Source: Candidatus Pacearchaeota archaeon
GTDB taxonomy: Archaea; Nanobdellota; Nanobdellia; Pacearchaeales; GW2011-AR1
Direction of reading: 5' to 3'
Assembly: GCA_964202455.1 (NCBI GenBank)
Contig: CAXNIJ010000006.1
Span: forward strand, 5,184-69,183
Length of the DNA stretch: 64,000 bases
Shown: one piece after another, positions 57,124-64,000 of the stretch
Layout: each line of letters starts with the position of its first letter
Position numbering within the stretch: position 1 is the first letter of the stretch
The notes under the pieces: generated by a model
Told to the model about the DNA's origin: nothing
The model's database searches: none
What the model saw: only the letters and a program-made list of their open reading frames with translations
Made by a program: the position numbers and the translations under genes

Positions 57124-58748
57124 GCAGATACCTCTTGATTTAAAGCGTTTCTTTTTCTTGTTAGATGGGCTTTACGTGCAGCTAATTGCATCTTGGAAAT
57201 TCCATAAGAAGTTATGATTTGCTCATCGCTGGCGCACCCATTTTCAAGAAACTCGATAATTTGCCCCTCTTCTACGTCTGTTGGCTGATAAAGATTTGAG
57301 ACTGTATCTTGTGAAGTTCCATTCTGTCTACTCAATGTTGCTTTGTGCCCTGCAAGTTCAAAAGTGGTTAAGTGATATTTATTGAGAATTTCTGCTTCTT
57401 GTTTACCCCTTGATAAGTCTTCACGAACTTTTTCTCCTAATGATTTTATTTGAATTGTTTCCCTCTCTGCCTGCACGTAATCATTTTCTTTTAAAACTAA
57501 TTCGCTGAATTCTCCTATACGTTGCTCAAATCTATTTCTATCTCCGATGAGGTATATACCGCTATATTTTAAAACTTCTTCTAGTGATGGATGATTTTCT
57601 ATGAGTCTAGAATTGCCTAGAGTCGTGGCAATACCATCCCCTATTCTTAAAACGTCAACTCCCTGACTAATATCTCGAGTTTTATAGCCTTCATGAAAAA
57701 TAAGTTGATTAGGGGCAACCCCATCTAAACCAATTTGAATATGCATGTCTTTGAAAATATCTGGTCGACTATTTAATAAGAGAAAGTCGAAAAACATAGG
57801 ACTTCCATTGTCCGAGACATATCTGCCTTTATGAAATTTACTAATAAAACGAGGTCTTTGTATATGAGCAATTTCTGTAAAAAGATATAATGAATTTCTA
57901 AGTCCGTCATTATTCTTAAATTCTGAAGATAAAATTTGCATTAATCCTGTTCTGAGTAATCCGTCTGCAGTTAATATAAATTCCGCGTGCTCTTTAGGAT
58001 TTTTTGATAGTTCTAAAAAATTATGCGGATAATTAGCTTTAATTGCAAGAGTATCAATAAACTTTCTTGAAGCAAATGCTTCTAATGATTTTAGACTTTC
58101 ATCTATTTTGTCGGCACTTGTAAGATAACGTAGTTCTAGAGAAATCATTTTATCTCTAACATCATCAAGAACGACCCTATCTTCTGTAAACATATTAAAA
58201 TCCATTTGATCGTCAATTCCATTATTTAATTCTTGATTATTTTCTAGAAAACTTCTGACTGTTCCTCCTCCAGTGAAATAAGTTATTGATTTTTGATAAT
58301 GATCTAGTCTAACTTCACTCTCTCGAGAACCGTAGAAATTTGTACCCAATATACAACGAGGACTCGCTCTTCCTTGTTGAAAGAGAGTGCTCACAGTTAG
58401 TGCTTCTTCATCTTTTAACTGAGATTGAAAGTCAAGATTAATTATATCGAATTGCTCTCCAGGTTGATCAAAAAAAGATCTTGCACTTGTAGGATGAAGA
58501 TTGATACCTAAATCTAGACTTTTTATTTTTTTGTATGTATCTGGATTATGTTCTATTCCCCATATTCTGTCTCTACGAATGCCTAATGAGTCATAAACTC
58601 TTGTAATTTCTAACCCTTCATGACCTGGAAGACAAGCTACTTTTAGACTTCTGCGCCTTTTTCCATCTGGAAATTGTTGCAGAATAAACTCGCATAATTT
58701 TGCATGATAGACTTGTTTTGTCTCGAAGTCATAAGTATCTTTTCTCAT
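57120..58748 (-). CDS. Island paralog P1 (542 aa), first gene of the operon
   Basis: MRKDTYDFETKQVY...LKVACLPGHEGLE...IWGIEHN...FDIINLDFQSQ...GTNFYGSRE. GRYVSDNGSPMFFDF. Two C-terminal HTH-like modules (GKQEAEILNKYHLTTFELAGHKATLSR and EGQIIEFLENGCASDEQIITSYGISKMQLAARKAHLTR). TAGGAG 9 nt before the ATG. Confidence 0.8.
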   Translation of the reverse strand: MRKDTYDFETKQVYHAKLCEFILQQFPDGKRRRSLKVACLPGHEGLEITRVYDSLGIRRDRIWGIEHNPDTYKKIKSLDLGINLHPTSARSFFDQPGEQFDIINLDFQSQLKDEEALTVSTLFQQGRASPRCILGTNFYGSRESEVRLDHYQKSITYFTGGGTVRSFLENNQELNNGIDDQMDFNMFTEDRVVLDDVRDKMISLELRYLTSADKIDESLKSLEAFASRKFIDTLAIKANYPHNFLELSKNPKEHAEFILTADGLLRTGLMQILSSEFKNNDGLRNSLYLFTEIAHIQRPRFISKFHKGRYVSDNGSPMFFDFLLLNSRPDIFKDMHIQIGLDGVAPNQLIFHEGYKTRDISQGVDVLRIGDGIATTLGNSRLIENHPSLEEVLKYSGIYLIGDRNRFEQRIGEFSELVLKENDYVQAERETIQIKSLGEKVREDLSRGKQEAEILNKYHLTTFELAGHKATLSRQNGTSQDTVSNLYQPTDVEEGQIIEFLENGCASDEQIITSYGISKMQLAARKAHLTRKRNALNQEVSA

Positions 58749-58886
58749 AGATGTGCTCCTACACGATTTTTACAGTTTGTTACCATGAAGAGTGAGGACA
58801 ATATCCCTTTTTAAACCTTACTTTAGTAACCATTTTATAGTGACTACATCCGAAAGATTTATAAATGAACTTCGCACAGAAAAATT
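58749..58886. promoter_or_regulatory. Divergent promoter region between the two island operons
   Basis: TTTATAAAT (58858-58866) is centred 25 nt before the plus-strand ATG at 58887, which implies a leaderless or near-leaderless mRNA. On the minus strand TTTAAAAA (58808-58815) lies ~60-67 nt before the P1 ATG, which has its own GGAG. Confidence 0.45.
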
Positions 58887-59348
58887 ATGAATAATGGAGA
58901 TTTTTTTGGTAGAAAAGCACAAGAGGTTGCTAAAGATTTAGTTGGTAGAATAATAATTAGAAAACTTGATTCTGGAGTATATGCTGCATTGATAAGTGAA
59001 GCGGGAGCATATGAAGGTCTTGTTGGAGCAGATCCACAAGGTCCACGCAAAGGAATGTTCTATAATTCCGGAAATATATTTCTGATGCCTCATAGAGGAC
59101 ATAATCTGTTTAATATTGCTTGTGGTGACAGTGGTCCTGCATGCGTTGAAATTCGTGAACTACAAGGAGAGAAAAGAATTGAAGGTTCTGGAGCCATTAC
59201 AAATTATCTAAAAATTGGAACTCTAGATAATAAACCTCTTGGAGATAAGACTGGATTATATGTATCTGATGAATCTTATTTTTCTGGTAAAATTAATCGC
59301 TCTGGTGGTTCTGCTGATAATTGTAAAGGAATTTATTCCTTTGCTTAG
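58887..59348 (+). CDS. Short AAG/Mpg-family (3-methyladenine DNA glycosylase fold) protein, catalytic Glu apparently absent
   Basis: FFGRKAQEVAKDLVGRIIIRK...ALISEAGAYEG, MFYNSGNIFLM...LFNIAC, GPACVEIRELQ and GSGAITNYLKIG parallel the FF.R....VA..LLG..L....G.IVETEAY, MF..PG..YVY...NI, GA.VLIRA.EP and GPgkL..ALgI blocks of the family. Confidence 0.65.
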   Translation: MNNGDFFGRKAQEVAKDLVGRIIIRKLDSGVYAALISEAGAYEGLVGADPQGPRKGMFYNSGNIFLMPHRGHNLFNIACGDSGPACVEIRELQGEKRIEGSGAITNYLKIGTLDNKPLGDKTGLYVSDESYFSGKINRSGGSADNCKGIYSFA

Positions 59349-59356
59349 GTGTCACC

Positions 59357-61699
59357 ATGACTTATGAATTAAGGCCTTATCAACTATTGGCCGTTCAAAA
59401 ACAATTGAATGATAGAAGAATTATTCTTGCAGATGATATGGGCATGGGAAAATGTTTAGAAGTTATTGCGGCTAAACCTTTAATTGATGAAGAAATTGGA
59501 AAAAGGCCTTCTTTAATTATCTCTCCTTCAGCAGTTATACCTCACTGGGAAGAAGAAATAAGAAGATGGCACTATATGGGGGACAAAACTTGTATAACAA
59601 CTTTACAAATGGGCAATCTAGTTAGCGACTTGAAAAATGCTCAAGGAGCAGAATTTGTTGTTGCACCTTATTCACTTTTATCTTGTTTAGGCAATCATCC
59701 AGAAGCTCTTGAATCTTTAAAAAAAATGCAATTTGGTCAGGGAGTACTCGATGAAGGACATTTAACTAGTAATCCAAAATCTTTACGTACTCAATCTGCT
59801 CGCGCGTTATTTCATGATATTCCTTACTTATCTATCCTTACTGGAACACCTATCCCTAATTCTTTAATAGATATATATTCACAGTTAAATTTGCTTGATA
59901 GAGAAGCATTTCCAATTCAAGAATTAAATGCGGATACCGTGGTAGATGAATTTTATCAGATTATTCGTAATAGGCCTCATCTTGTTAGAGATATATTAAG
60001 AGAGCGTATGCTCCGTAGAACTGCAGATAAATATCTTGGAAAGAAAATGCCTCGACTTGACTCTCGTTCTATTGACGTTAGTCTGACTAAAGAACACGAA
60101 GCCGTATATGGGGCAATCTATGAAAACGATGACATTCCAGTTAGTAATAAACTATGGGAGCTAATGAAAGTTTCTCTTGATCCCAATCTAGCGAACCCAA
60201 ATTACCTTCCCGGATCTCTAGGACAAAGACTTGGAAAGATGGATTCTTGTACATTCGATAGACTACATGAAGAAGTAGATCGAGTGGTAAAGAATGGGGG
60301 AAAATTTTTATGTTTTACAGATTTAAAAACTGGAGTAATTCCAGAAATTCAAAAACGTTTTGCTGAATATGGAATACTTGCTGTAACACAAGAAGTTTCT
60401 TCTAATTCTCTTAAAGGAGAAATTAGTCCTCGTGAAGAAATGCGTAGAAAGTTCCAATACGATAGTAAATATAAAATGATGGTCGCAACAAATGTAATGG
60501 ATGTTGGAGTAGATCTCACTGGTGCTACGACTATTGGTCACCTTACCTTGCCTTTTATGCCTGCAGTAGTAGATCAGCGTATAAGCCGATCTTTAAGAGT
60601 AACTGCAGAAATTGAGAAAGAGAGTTTAGAATCTCTTATTTTTACTCCAGTTATGAGTAATGGTGCGCCTACAATAAATGAAGGAGTTGTACAATTACTA
60701 GATGATAAGAGGAGAATTATTAATTTTATAGTTAATTCTCCTGAAAATATCACTCTCGATGATTTAAATCAGATTAGAAATGGACACCCTGAAAATTCTC
60801 CTACTTTGGCTGGATTTTTAAGTCCTAGGTCTTCCATGGATTTTCATTTGGGTTCTTTGAGAGGTAAAGGGGGAACTAAAATTCTTTCTGAATATCAAGA
60901 TACTCCCCATATTGCAAAAGATCTGGCAAAAGCATACATTAAATATTGGGATGGATATTATGGTGGAAACTCTGCTAGTTTGAGTGCCGCAGTAATTCGT
61001 AAATTACTCGGTGAAAATTTATCTGAAAAATCAATTGTAGATATTTGTTGTGGACCATTTTCACTCTCGCGAAGGTTGCAAGTGCCCGTAACTAACCTAG
61101 ATTTAAATGAATATATGCTTGAAGCTGGAATGACTCTTGAGAATCAAGGAATCGTGCCTAGAGGAAATATTGCTCACAGAGGTTTAGCAAATAATCTTCC
61201 CTTTAAAGATAGAGAATTTGACCTTGCTAATTGCTCTCTTGCTTTACATATGTCTACTCTTGCAGATGTTTCTGGATATGGAATGAGCGAGAGAGAAGAG
61301 ATATTTAGAGAAGCACGTAGAGTAGGAGACTTGTATGTATTTACTTTACCGCATACCGTCATTCATAGAAGAGATTTACCTACTTTTAATGAAGGATTAG
61401 CACATATTGGTTGGAAAGTCTTGCCTCAGACAGGATTTTATAAGGGAGCTGGAGACTCAAGATTTAAAGTTTTTCTTGGAGCTTTACAAAGAAATGTTAA
61501 TTATTCTGAAGATGCTGTTCCAGAAGAGCTCTTAAGATGGACTATGGATGATCGTTTAGAAAAGAAAAGAAAAGGTAGAACTACTTCTGCTAGAAAATCT
61601 TGTAATCCAAAGAAGAAGAAAGATCAATTTGAACTGGTACCTAAATTTGTCCATGAAGATTCTGGTGAAATTTTAAATTTGGAGGCGTTAAATGAGTAG
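59357..61699 (+). CDS. SNF2-family ATPase fused to a C-terminal class I SAM-dependent methyltransferase domain
   Basis: LRPYQ, ILADDMGMGKC (motif I, Cys instead of Thr/Ser), VLDEGH (DExH), LTGTPIPNS, ATNVMDVGVDLTG, DQRISRSLR (motif VI). C-terminal IVDICCGPFS (MTase motif I-like), NLDLNEYML and LPFKDREFDLANCSLALHM (Methyltransf_11-like). Confidence 0.8.
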   Translation: MTYELRPYQLLAVQKQLNDRRIILADDMGMGKCLEVIAAKPLIDEEIGKRPSLIISPSAVIPHWEEEIRRWHYMGDKTCITTLQMGNLVSDLKNAQGAEFVVAPYSLLSCLGNHPEALESLKKMQFGQGVLDEGHLTSNPKSLRTQSARALFHDIPYLSILTGTPIPNSLIDIYSQLNLLDREAFPIQELNADTVVDEFYQIIRNRPHLVRDILRERMLRRTADKYLGKKMPRLDSRSIDVSLTKEHEAVYGAIYENDDIPVSNKLWELMKVSLDPNLANPNYLPGSLGQRLGKMDSCTFDRLHEEVDRVVKNGGKFLCFTDLKTGVIPEIQKRFAEYGILAVTQEVSSNSLKGEISPREEMRRKFQYDSKYKMMVATNVMDVGVDLTGATTIGHLTLPFMPAVVDQRISRSLRVTAEIEKESLESLIFTPVMSNGAPTINEGVVQLLDDKRRIINFIVNSPENITLDDLNQIRNGHPENSPTLAGFLSPRSSMDFHLGSLRGKGGTKILSEYQDTPHIAKDLAKAYIKYWDGYYGGNSASLSAAVIRKLLGENLSEKSIVDICCGPFSLSRRLQVPVTNLDLNEYMLEAGMTLENQGIVPRGNIAHRGLANNLPFKDREFDLANCSLALHMSTLADVSGYGMSEREEIFREARRVGDLYVFTLPHTVIHRRDLPTFNEGLAHIGWKVLPQTGFYKGAGDSRFKVFLGALQRNVNYSEDAVPEELLRWTMDDRLEKKRKGRTTSARKSCNPKKKKDQFELVPKFVHEDSGEILNLEALNE

Positions 61700-62756
61700 T
61701 GTGCTTGATAGTATTAAAGAAGAGATTCGTCAACTTAGGATAAATGGGGGCGAAGTTTGCGATATTTTTAATCAAATGAAAAAAAAAGGAATTGAAATGT
61801 CTTATAGTCAATGTTCTGCAATTGCAGCATGGGCTAGTCCAAAACTTGCAGTAAAGAGAAAAGTACAATTACCTCATAACGCGGATTCTAAATTGGGAAA
61901 AGAGGATAAATTTCTCCCTATCTTAAAAACTAGAGTAAAAAATAAAAACCCTGATGAACTGCCAAAAAGAATGGAAGAAAAAATATCTACTAATGATCAA
62001 ACTTGGGCAAATAATGAAGGGCCATTACTTACAAAAGGCGAAGCTGTCGGATTACTTTCGCAAGGATATAATCCTAAAAAAATGGCGGGATATTACAAGG
62101 GACACAGTGAAGGAGAATTACGTGCATTAAGTGCCCATATTGAAATGGGGACATATGTAAGAAATCCTGCATTACTCGAAGGTAATGGAAAGGGTAAAAA
62201 TGGAGAAGTTAAAGTAATTCGCGAGAAAGAAGATTTAGTACCATTTCTTAAAAAAAATCAATTGGCCAGAGACATGTCTTTACTTGCCTTAACTCTTGGA
62301 GAAGATGGTGGACAAATTGAAGAAGCATTGATTGCATTATATGGTGGAAAATTTAAGAATAGAGATGAATTACACAGACTTCTTGAGGAAACAAGAGAAG
62401 ATGTTGCTCAAATTATTCAGGAAGGCGTTACAAATTTAGGAGTTTATCTTGGAGGATATAGTTTATTCGATAGAAGAATGACTCCAATTATCTTGGGGGA
62501 TGTTGTAAGTGCAATACCTTTAGATAAAATCACGCCTCCGCTAGAAGCGATGTTACTCGGCGTTGCAGGCGGAATATATGATCCCCTGTTTAGCGCGAAC
62601 CCTAAAAAGACAATTGAAGATTTGAAAACTAAATCTAGATCAAGTGAAGGATTGACGACAAAGATTTGTGAAGTACTTTATAGAAAATATGAGAATGCTT
62701 TGAATATTGGAGAGAGACTAAAGAGATATGATCGATTGAGAGAGAAAGTAGAATGA
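61692..62756 (+). CDS. Island protein X (354 aa) carrying the same HTH-like modules as the paralogs
   Basis: N-terminal KEEIRQLRINGGEVCDIFNQMKKKGIEMSYSQCSAIAAWASPKLAVKRK matches the C-termini of P7 and P3. Second module is GEAVGLLSQGYNPKKMAGYYKGHSEGELRALSAHIEMGTY. 8-nt overlap with the SNF2 gene; GGAGG before the ATG. Confidence 0.75.
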   Translation: MSSVLDSIKEEIRQLRINGGEVCDIFNQMKKKGIEMSYSQCSAIAAWASPKLAVKRKVQLPHNADSKLGKEDKFLPILKTRVKNKNPDELPKRMEEKISTNDQTWANNEGPLLTKGEAVGLLSQGYNPKKMAGYYKGHSEGELRALSAHIEMGTYVRNPALLEGNGKGKNGEVKVIREKEDLVPFLKKNQLARDMSLLALTLGEDGGQIEEALIALYGGKFKNRDELHRLLEETREDVAQIIQEGVTNLGVYLGGYSLFDRRMTPIILGDVVSAIPLDKITPPLEAMLLGVAGGIYDPLFSANPKKTIEDLKTKSRSSEGLTTKICEVLYRKYENALNIGERLKRYDRLREKVE

Positions 62757-62935
62757 AATTCCAACAAGTAATTTTAGATAAGAAACCTGTAAGACAAAGT
62801 AAAGAGTTTTTACATCGAATACATTCGTGCCCACAAATTATAAGTGGGCGTAACTTTGACTATCTTGATGGAACTTCAATGAGAAGGAAAACTGATCAAG
62901 ATATGAATCTTGAAAAATATTTAAAACTTAATTAG
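62753..62935 (+). CDS. Small coupled ORF (60 aa)
   Basis: ATGA overlap with protein X. No motif recognised. Confidence 0.4.
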   Translation: MKFQQVILDKKPVRQSKEFLHRIHSCPQIISGRNFDYLDGTSMRRKTDQDMNLEKYLKLN

Positions 62936-63125
62936 AAATACCGACATGTGCGATTGCAGATTGGTTCTCCATCGGAGAATAGAATAGTGTATTGTGCTAT
63001 CATCACAAATTGGAATAAATACATTACAAGATTTGCGTGGTTTGATGGATCTCTGACTGAGAAAAATTTTAGAGAAGTTGCTAAGATTTATCGATTTGCT
63101 TATGGTGTAGAGCTAGAATAAATTT

Positions 63126-64000
63126 CTATGCCTTTCCTGCGCTACCAAAAAGTATTAAGTGTTCTTCGACTGATTTTTGCGTTGCTTGTTCTGCGTAAGA
63201 AAGCGAATCACGTGGATTGATACTTTCGGGATGCTTTTGTGCGTATTCTCTTAATGCTATTGAGAAAGCAATACGAAGATCTGTGTCGACGTTAATTTTA
63301 CAGATACCTAGTTTAATTGCTTTTATTATTTGATTTTTTGGAATGCCTTGTGCTTTTCCGATAGTCATTCTGATACTTATAGCTTTTTTGAGGTCTTTAT
63401 TTTGAACTAATGATGCGCCATGGAGAACTAAAGGAATTGAAACTAAACTGCGAATTTTTTTTAAGATATCTAAACGTAATTTATCCCCCTTATTTTTAAA
63501 TGCTCCGTGACTTGTTCCAATTGCAACTGCCAGAGAATCTATCTTTGTTCTTCTCACAAATTCTACTGCTTGTTTGGGCTCTGTGCACCAAGCAGTTCCT
63601 TCCAAGTCATCTTCTTTTCCCCCGATAATGCCTAACTCTGCTTCTACTGAAATTTTTTTTGGATGTGCGTGTTTTACAATATCTGTTGTCAGAGAGATAT
63701 TTTTTTCAAACGGAAAATGAGATGCATCTATCATTACAGATGTGTAACCTGAATTTATACATTTTTTTATTAAAGCAATATTTCTGCCATGGTCTAGATG
63801 AACTGCAACTGGAACTTTTGCTGCTTGCGCAGCTATACGCATCATTGAAACGAGAATATTTAGTCCAGCATATTCTATTGCCGATTCACTTGTTTGAATA
63901 ATTATTGGAGAATTGAGATTTTCTGCTGCTTTAATTGCTGATTTAAGAGTTTCTATATTGTAGATATTAAATGCTCCGACTGCATACTTGCCTTTTTGTG
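63126..64000 (-). CDS. fba: Class II fructose-bisphosphate aldolase; N-terminus beyond the right edge
   Basis: The frame stays open upstream of the listed Met. My translation gives KGKYAVGAFNIYNIETLKSAIKAAENLNSPIIIQTSESAIEYAG, followed by VPVAVHLDHG, SVMIDASH, ELGIIGGKED and LVLHGAS. Confidence 0.85.
   Translation of the reverse strand, partial: QKGKYAVGAFNIYNIETLKSAIKAAENLNSPIIIQTSESAIEYAGLNILVSMMRIAAQAAKVPVAVHLDHGRNIALIKKCINSGYTSVMIDASHFPFEKNISLTTDIVKHAHPKKISVEAELGIIGGKEDDLEGTAWCTEPKQAVEFVRRTKIDSLAVAIGTSHGAFKNKGDKLRLDILKKIRSLVSIPLVLHGASLVQNKDLKKAISIRMTIGKAQGIPKNQIIKAIKLGICKINVDTDLRIAFSIALREYAQKHPESINPRDSLSYAEQATQKSVEEHLILFGSAGKA

Noticed and set aside
47925-58748. The paralog array as an assembly artefact or a recent tandem duplication
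   Set aside because: The copies are strongly diverged (different lengths from 475 to 735 aa, only motif-level identity between subgroups). Each has its own intact frame, SD-like site and coupled start/stop junction. Collapsed or mis-assembled repeats would be near-identical.
58859-59050. 63-aa minus-strand ORF overlapping the start of the AAG-like gene
   Set aside because: It is a shadow of the better-supported plus-strand gene, which has family motifs and a TATA box at the right distance.
62949-63120. Possible GTG/TTG-initiated ~55-codon ORF (…IVYCAIITNWNKYITRFAWFDGSLTEKNFREVAKIYRFAYGVELE) at the right border of the island
   Set aside because: It has no ATG start and no recognisable motif. 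It may be a fifth gene of the plus-strand operon, but it cannot be supported from sequence alone.

Overview
AT-rich window (about 30-35% GC in the 60-nt stretches I counted; a few genes reach 45-57%). It most likely comes from a small-genome DPANN-type archaeon. Archaeal markers: aEF-2 with the diphthamide-site motif, RtcB plus archease, archaeal/eukaryal-type TrpRS, and a tRNA-Tyr with the C1-G72 identity pair and a 167-nt intron. These are mixed with bacterial-type genes: GroES/GroEL, NrdR plus class II RNR, type I GAPDH, class II FBA, an RRM protein and a UvrD-nuclease fusion. Most of the window is housekeeping genes, many secreted or membrane proteins, three tRNAs and one IS element. I saw no rRNA genes and no CRISPR array. 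The main result is a ~15 kb island (47925-62935) between gap/pgk and fba, made of two divergent operons. (i) Seven translationally coupled minus-strand genes: six large paralogs (475-735 aa) plus a 206-aa TraB/Tiki-like protein. Each paralog has an N-terminal Rossmann/methyltransferase-like module, a conserved central Y-x-S-x-x-G-S-P-M motif and C-terminal HTH-like modules. (ii) A plus-strand operon: an AAG/Mpg-fold protein that seems to lack the catalytic Glu, an SNF2 ATPase fused to a class I SAM methyltransferase, a 354-aa protein that starts with the same HTH-like module as the paralogs, and a coupled 60-aa ORF. I cannot match this architecture to any named DNA-modification or defence system I know. 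I propose it as a candidate novel DNA-targeting (modification/discrimination) system, which is inference only. Secondary observations: a highly structured tRNA-Tyr intron; two paralogous structured ncRNA candidates with compensatory base changes and hairpin insertions; a dispersed TCAAGAA/TTCTTGA hairpin family; and tandem NrdR-box-like sites 31 bp apart upstream of nrdR-nrdJ. All domain calls come from motif recognition by eye. No database search was run.
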